Shown in pieces: positions 61,651 to 64,000 of a stretch of 64,000 nt of DNA. A program made the position numbers and the translations under genes. Source of the DNA: Clostridia bacterium (GTDB lineage: Bacteria; Bacillota; Clostridia; Oscillospirales; CAG-272); assembly GCA_017453005.1 (NCBI GenBank), contig JAFTKY010000038.1, forward strand, positions 4,086-68,085, read 5' to 3'. Numbering within the stretch: position 1 is the stretch's first letter; each line of letters starts with the position of its first letter. The notes below the pieces were generated by a model. It did no database searches. It was given only the letters and a program-made list of their open reading frames with translations, and had not been told where the DNA came from.

Positions 61651-62985
61651 TTACTGATGCTCGGGATTTTTTACTCTTCGCGTGTGACCGTGGGGCTTGG
61701 GGGTAATATCTCCCGCCTTCGTCAGTGCCCACTTTGTCAGCACGGGGCCGACTATCTCATATACAAGCACGCTGAACAGAATGACGAAACGGACGGTGCT
61801 GGCAATAGTCGTGCCTCCCAGCATTTCGTCGCCAGCGACCGTGCTGACCATACCCAAAGCAACACCCGCCTGAGGCAGAAGGGTGACACCGAGGTAGTCA
61901 ACTATATGCTTGTCACAGCCCGTAAGCTGTGAGGAATATCTTGCGCCGAAATATTTTCCCGCCGAACGGAAAAGTATGTAGACAACGCCGATAAGAATAC
62001 ACCACGGGTTGAGGAAAACGCTCAAGTCAAGCTCCGCACCGCTGACAACGAAGAACAAGATGAGCAGCGGCTTGGTCCAGCCGTCCGCCCTCGACATCAT
62101 CTCGTCCGAGCATTCGCAGACGTTACAGAATATCGTGCCACACATCATACAAGTCAGAAGCGACGAAAATCCGATATGCACGCCGCCGATGTGAATGTTT
62201 TTGAGCGCGGTAATCGCCACCGTGATAAAGACGAACGCGATAACGAGAGAGAGACGGTTGCTGTTTGAATGGAAGAGCTTCTCAAGCTCGGAGAGAATAA
62301 GACCGAGCAACGCACCGATAAGAAGGGATGCGACTATTTCAATGAGTGGTTCAACGACTATTGAAGTCACGTTGGGCGTGCCGCCGCCAATCGCCTTGGC
62401 TATTCCCATGAGAATTGCGAATATCATAAGTCCCACCGCGTCGTCAAGCGCGACGATTGGGAGAAGCATATCCGTGAGCGGGCCCTTTGACTTGTACTGA
62501 CGTACGACCATCAAGGTTGCCGCGGGAGCGGTTGCCGACGCTATTGCGCCGAGTATCAACGCCGCAGGCAAGGGAAGAATATCGTTGCCCGTTATGGCGA
62601 GGAGTACGTAGTGAAGTCCTATAAGCGCGCCGCAGACGACTGCCGAGGCAACAACCGCCTGAACACAGCCAACGATGGCGACCTTTTTGCCCGTTTTTTT
62701 GAGGTCGGACATTTTGAACTCGCTGCCTATTGAGAACGCGATAAAACCGAGCGCTATCTCGGAGAGGATTCCGAGTGCCTCAACGTCTGCAAAGTCCTTG
62801 GAGGCAAAGCCGAGGTGATAGCCGCCGGGGAGTGTTACCTGTCCGAGACAAAAGCAACCGATAATTACGCCCGCCACAAGGTATCCCGTTACGGCAGGCA
62901 GCTTGAGCAATTTACATATTCTTGACATGAGCAGTCCGACCATTACGCAGACTGAAATTGAAAGTAAAATTTGTGTGGTATCCAT
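61651..62985 (-). CDS. Cation:proton antiporter (CPA2/Kef-type Na+/H+ exchanger family), 444 aa
   Basis: 12-13 TM helices, N-terminal LP.VTGYL.AG...G motif. AGAAGG RBS before the ATG at 62985. Confidence 0.8.
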   Translation of the reverse strand: MDTTQILLSISVCVMVGLLMSRICKLLKLPAVTGYLVAGVIIGCFCLGQVTLPGGYHLGFASKDFADVEALGILSEIALGFIAFSIGSEFKMSDLKKTGKKVAIVGCVQAVVASAVVCGALIGLHYVLLAITGNDILPLPAALILGAIASATAPAATLMVVRQYKSKGPLTDMLLPIVALDDAVGLMIFAILMGIAKAIGGGTPNVTSIVVEPLIEIVASLLIGALLGLILSELEKLFHSNSNRLSLVIAFVFITVAITALKNIHIGGVHIGFSSLLTCMMCGTIFCNVCECSDEMMSRADGWTKPLLILFFVVSGAELDLSVFLNPWCILIGVVYILFRSAGKYFGARYSSQLTGCDKHIVDYLGVTLLPQAGVALGMVSTVAGDEMLGGTTIASTVRFVILFSVLVYEIVGPVLTKWALTKAGDITPKPHGHTRRVKNPEHQ

Positions 62986-63070
62986 ATTAAGCCTTCTTTC
63001 ACTGTGTGGGACGTTTCCCACGCCCAATTTTGATTACAAAATTGATTATCAAAAAATCTTTTGCGAAAAG

Positions 63071-63125
63071 TTTTTTGGAAGGGGTGCGGGGAAAGCCTTT
63101 TTTTCAAAAAAAGGTTTCCCCGCAT
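63071..63125 (+). repeat. Family-C A/T-centred palindrome element (copy 3)
   Basis: TTTTTTGGAAGGGG-TGCGGGGAAAGCCTTTTTTT-C-AAAAAAAGGTTTCCCCGCA. Confidence 0.85.
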
Positions 63126-63142
63126 CAATCCCAATCAACCAT

Positions 63143-63520
63143 TCAATCAATCTCCGCTATCGCTTCGACCTCGACGAGGACGCCCTTCGGGAGGGTTTTG
63201 ACTGCAACGCAGGAGCGCGCGGGCTTTGACGTAAAGTAGGTTGCGTAGACCTCGTTGAAGGCAGAGAAGTCTGCCATGTCGTAGAGGAAGCAGGTGGTTT
63301 TGACTACGCGGGTTATATCCGAGCCCGAGGCTTCAAGGACAGCCTTGAGGTTTTTGCAGACCTGCTCGGTCTGCTCCTGTATAGTCTGCGCCTCGATATT
63401 GCCGCTCTCGGGGTTTATCGGGATCTGTCCAGACGTAAAGACAAGACCGCAGGAGCGGACAGCCTGACTGTAAGGGCCTATCGCGTCGGGTGCGTTTTTA
63501 GTATATACTCTTTCTGACAT
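63143..63520 (-). CDS. ridA: RidA-family reactive enamine/imine deaminase
   Basis: T..AP.AIGPYSQA........FTSGQIP..P..G and C-terminal PARS.V.V..LPKG.LVE.EAIA. 125 aa. Confidence 0.92.
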   Translation of the reverse strand: MSERVYTKNAPDAIGPYSQAVRSCGLVFTSGQIPINPESGNIEAQTIQEQTEQVCKNLKAVLEASGSDITRVVKTTCFLYDMADFSAFNEVYATYFTSKPARSCVAVKTLPKGVLVEVEAIAEID

Positions 63521-63521
63521 A

Positions 63522-64000
63522 TCAGTTACCTCTTTCGTTGTGTAGATGCAGACCCGCGTCTGTGAGGGCCTTGTTGATTTGAGCTATATGCTCGTAGTTA
63601 CGCGTCTCAAGAATGAGACGGAGGAAGCAGCCGTTTATATCCTCGGTCTCGCTTCCGCGCTCGTGGCTGACGGAAATGACGTTTCCACCGTTTACGGCGA
63701 TTATCTCGGCAACCTTCTGAAGCTGTCCGGGCTTATCCATAAGCTCAATACAAAGCTCACACGAGCGCCCCGTTTTATAAAGACCGCGCTTGATAACGCG
63801 CGAGAGGATAGTAACGTCAATGTTACCGCCCGAAACGACGCAGACTACGTTTTTGCCCTTTACGGGGATCTTGTTGAACATAACAGCCGCCACGGACACC
63901 GCACCCGCGCCCTCGGCTATCATCTTGTGCTGCTCAATGAGAGCGAGAATTGCGGAGCATATCTCGTCCTCGGTGACAGTCACGATGCCGTCAACGTACT
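63522..64000 (-). CDS. ilvA: Threonine ammonia-lyase (threonine dehydratase), C-terminal part with ACT domain (5' end outside the window)
   Basis: The frame stays open to the window edge (..YVDGIVTVTEDEI..IAEGAGA...AA......K....V.V.SGGNID). ACT-like tail. ridA is immediately downstream. Confidence 0.85.
   Translation of the reverse strand, partial: YVDGIVTVTEDEICSAILALIEQHKMIAEGAGAVSVAAVMFNKIPVKGKNVVCVVSGGNIDVTILSRVIKRGLYKTGRSCELCIELMDKPGQLQKVAEIIAVNGGNVISVSHERGSETEDINGCFLRLILETRNYEHIAQINKALTDAGLHLHNERGN

Noticed and set aside
1-64000. tRNA, rRNA, tmRNA, RNase P, 6S or CRISPR loci
   Set aside because: I scanned the larger intergenic gaps by eye:
- 5709-5891
- 10695-10877
- 12715-13048
- 20148-20487
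- 23467-23637
- 37647-37909
- 43296-43519
- 54681-54911
- 59819-60185
- 61317-61650
No cloverleaf-compatible or rRNA-like sequence was recognised. This is a visual check only, not a tRNAscan or Infernal result.

Overview
This 64-kb window comes from a GC-rich, spore-forming Firmicute, probably a Clostridia gut-type anaerobe. Supporting genes are spoIIE, spoIIR, a spoVM-like mini-ORF, ECF S-components and a type III glutamine synthetase.

(1) 1-5.8 kb is a visibly AT-richer island. Hand counts on single 60-nt lines give about 38% G+C here against about 57% further right. It holds the 3' part of a type I R-M operon (hsdS', hsdR). An unassigned two-gene cassette follows directly (313-aa soluble protein plus 156-aa four-TM protein), then TnpV-type mobile-element genes. 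This cassette is my best candidate for an undescribed defence/abortive-infection module.

(2) 5.9-12.1 kb is a cluster of secreted proteins and lipoproteins joined by Pro/Thr-rich linkers:
- a trypsin-like protease with Cys-rich modules and a duplicated acidic C-terminal domain
- an 836-aa OB-fold-like repeat lipoprotein
- a small acidic lipoprotein
- a cohesin-like membrane-anchored protein
An apparently orphan mazF follows the cluster.

(3) The rest is mostly housekeeping:
- fba, an acyl-ACP thioesterase, trkA/trkH, nagB, serA/serC, cysS
- the Bacillus 'ylo' supercluster: yicC-remA-rpoZ-priA-def-fmt-(Zn peptidase)-rsmB-rlmN-[PASTA-only protein]-rsgA-thiN-spoVM
- ygiQ, efp, proA, an MBOAT+DHHW pair
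- queT behind a preQ1-I riboswitch, and a FolT-FolC fusion behind a THF riboswitch
- birA, a lipoprotein PPIase, glnN, spoIIE, spoIIR, a CPA2 antiporter, ridA, ilvA'

A 1597-aa alanine-rich lipoprotein (37910-42703) casts a 971-codon, perfectly codon-registered antisense shadow ORF.

(4) The intergenic space carries several families of short structured repeats:
- GTGCAGA-type heptamer arrays and a conserved double-hairpin element, both placed right at stop codons
- A/T-centred palindromes showing compensatory stem changes
- nested-hairpin elements
A DUF559 endonuclease gene is bracketed by inverted copies of the double-hairpin element.

I found no rRNA, tRNA or CRISPR array. All family assignments rest on motif recognition by eye; no searches were run.
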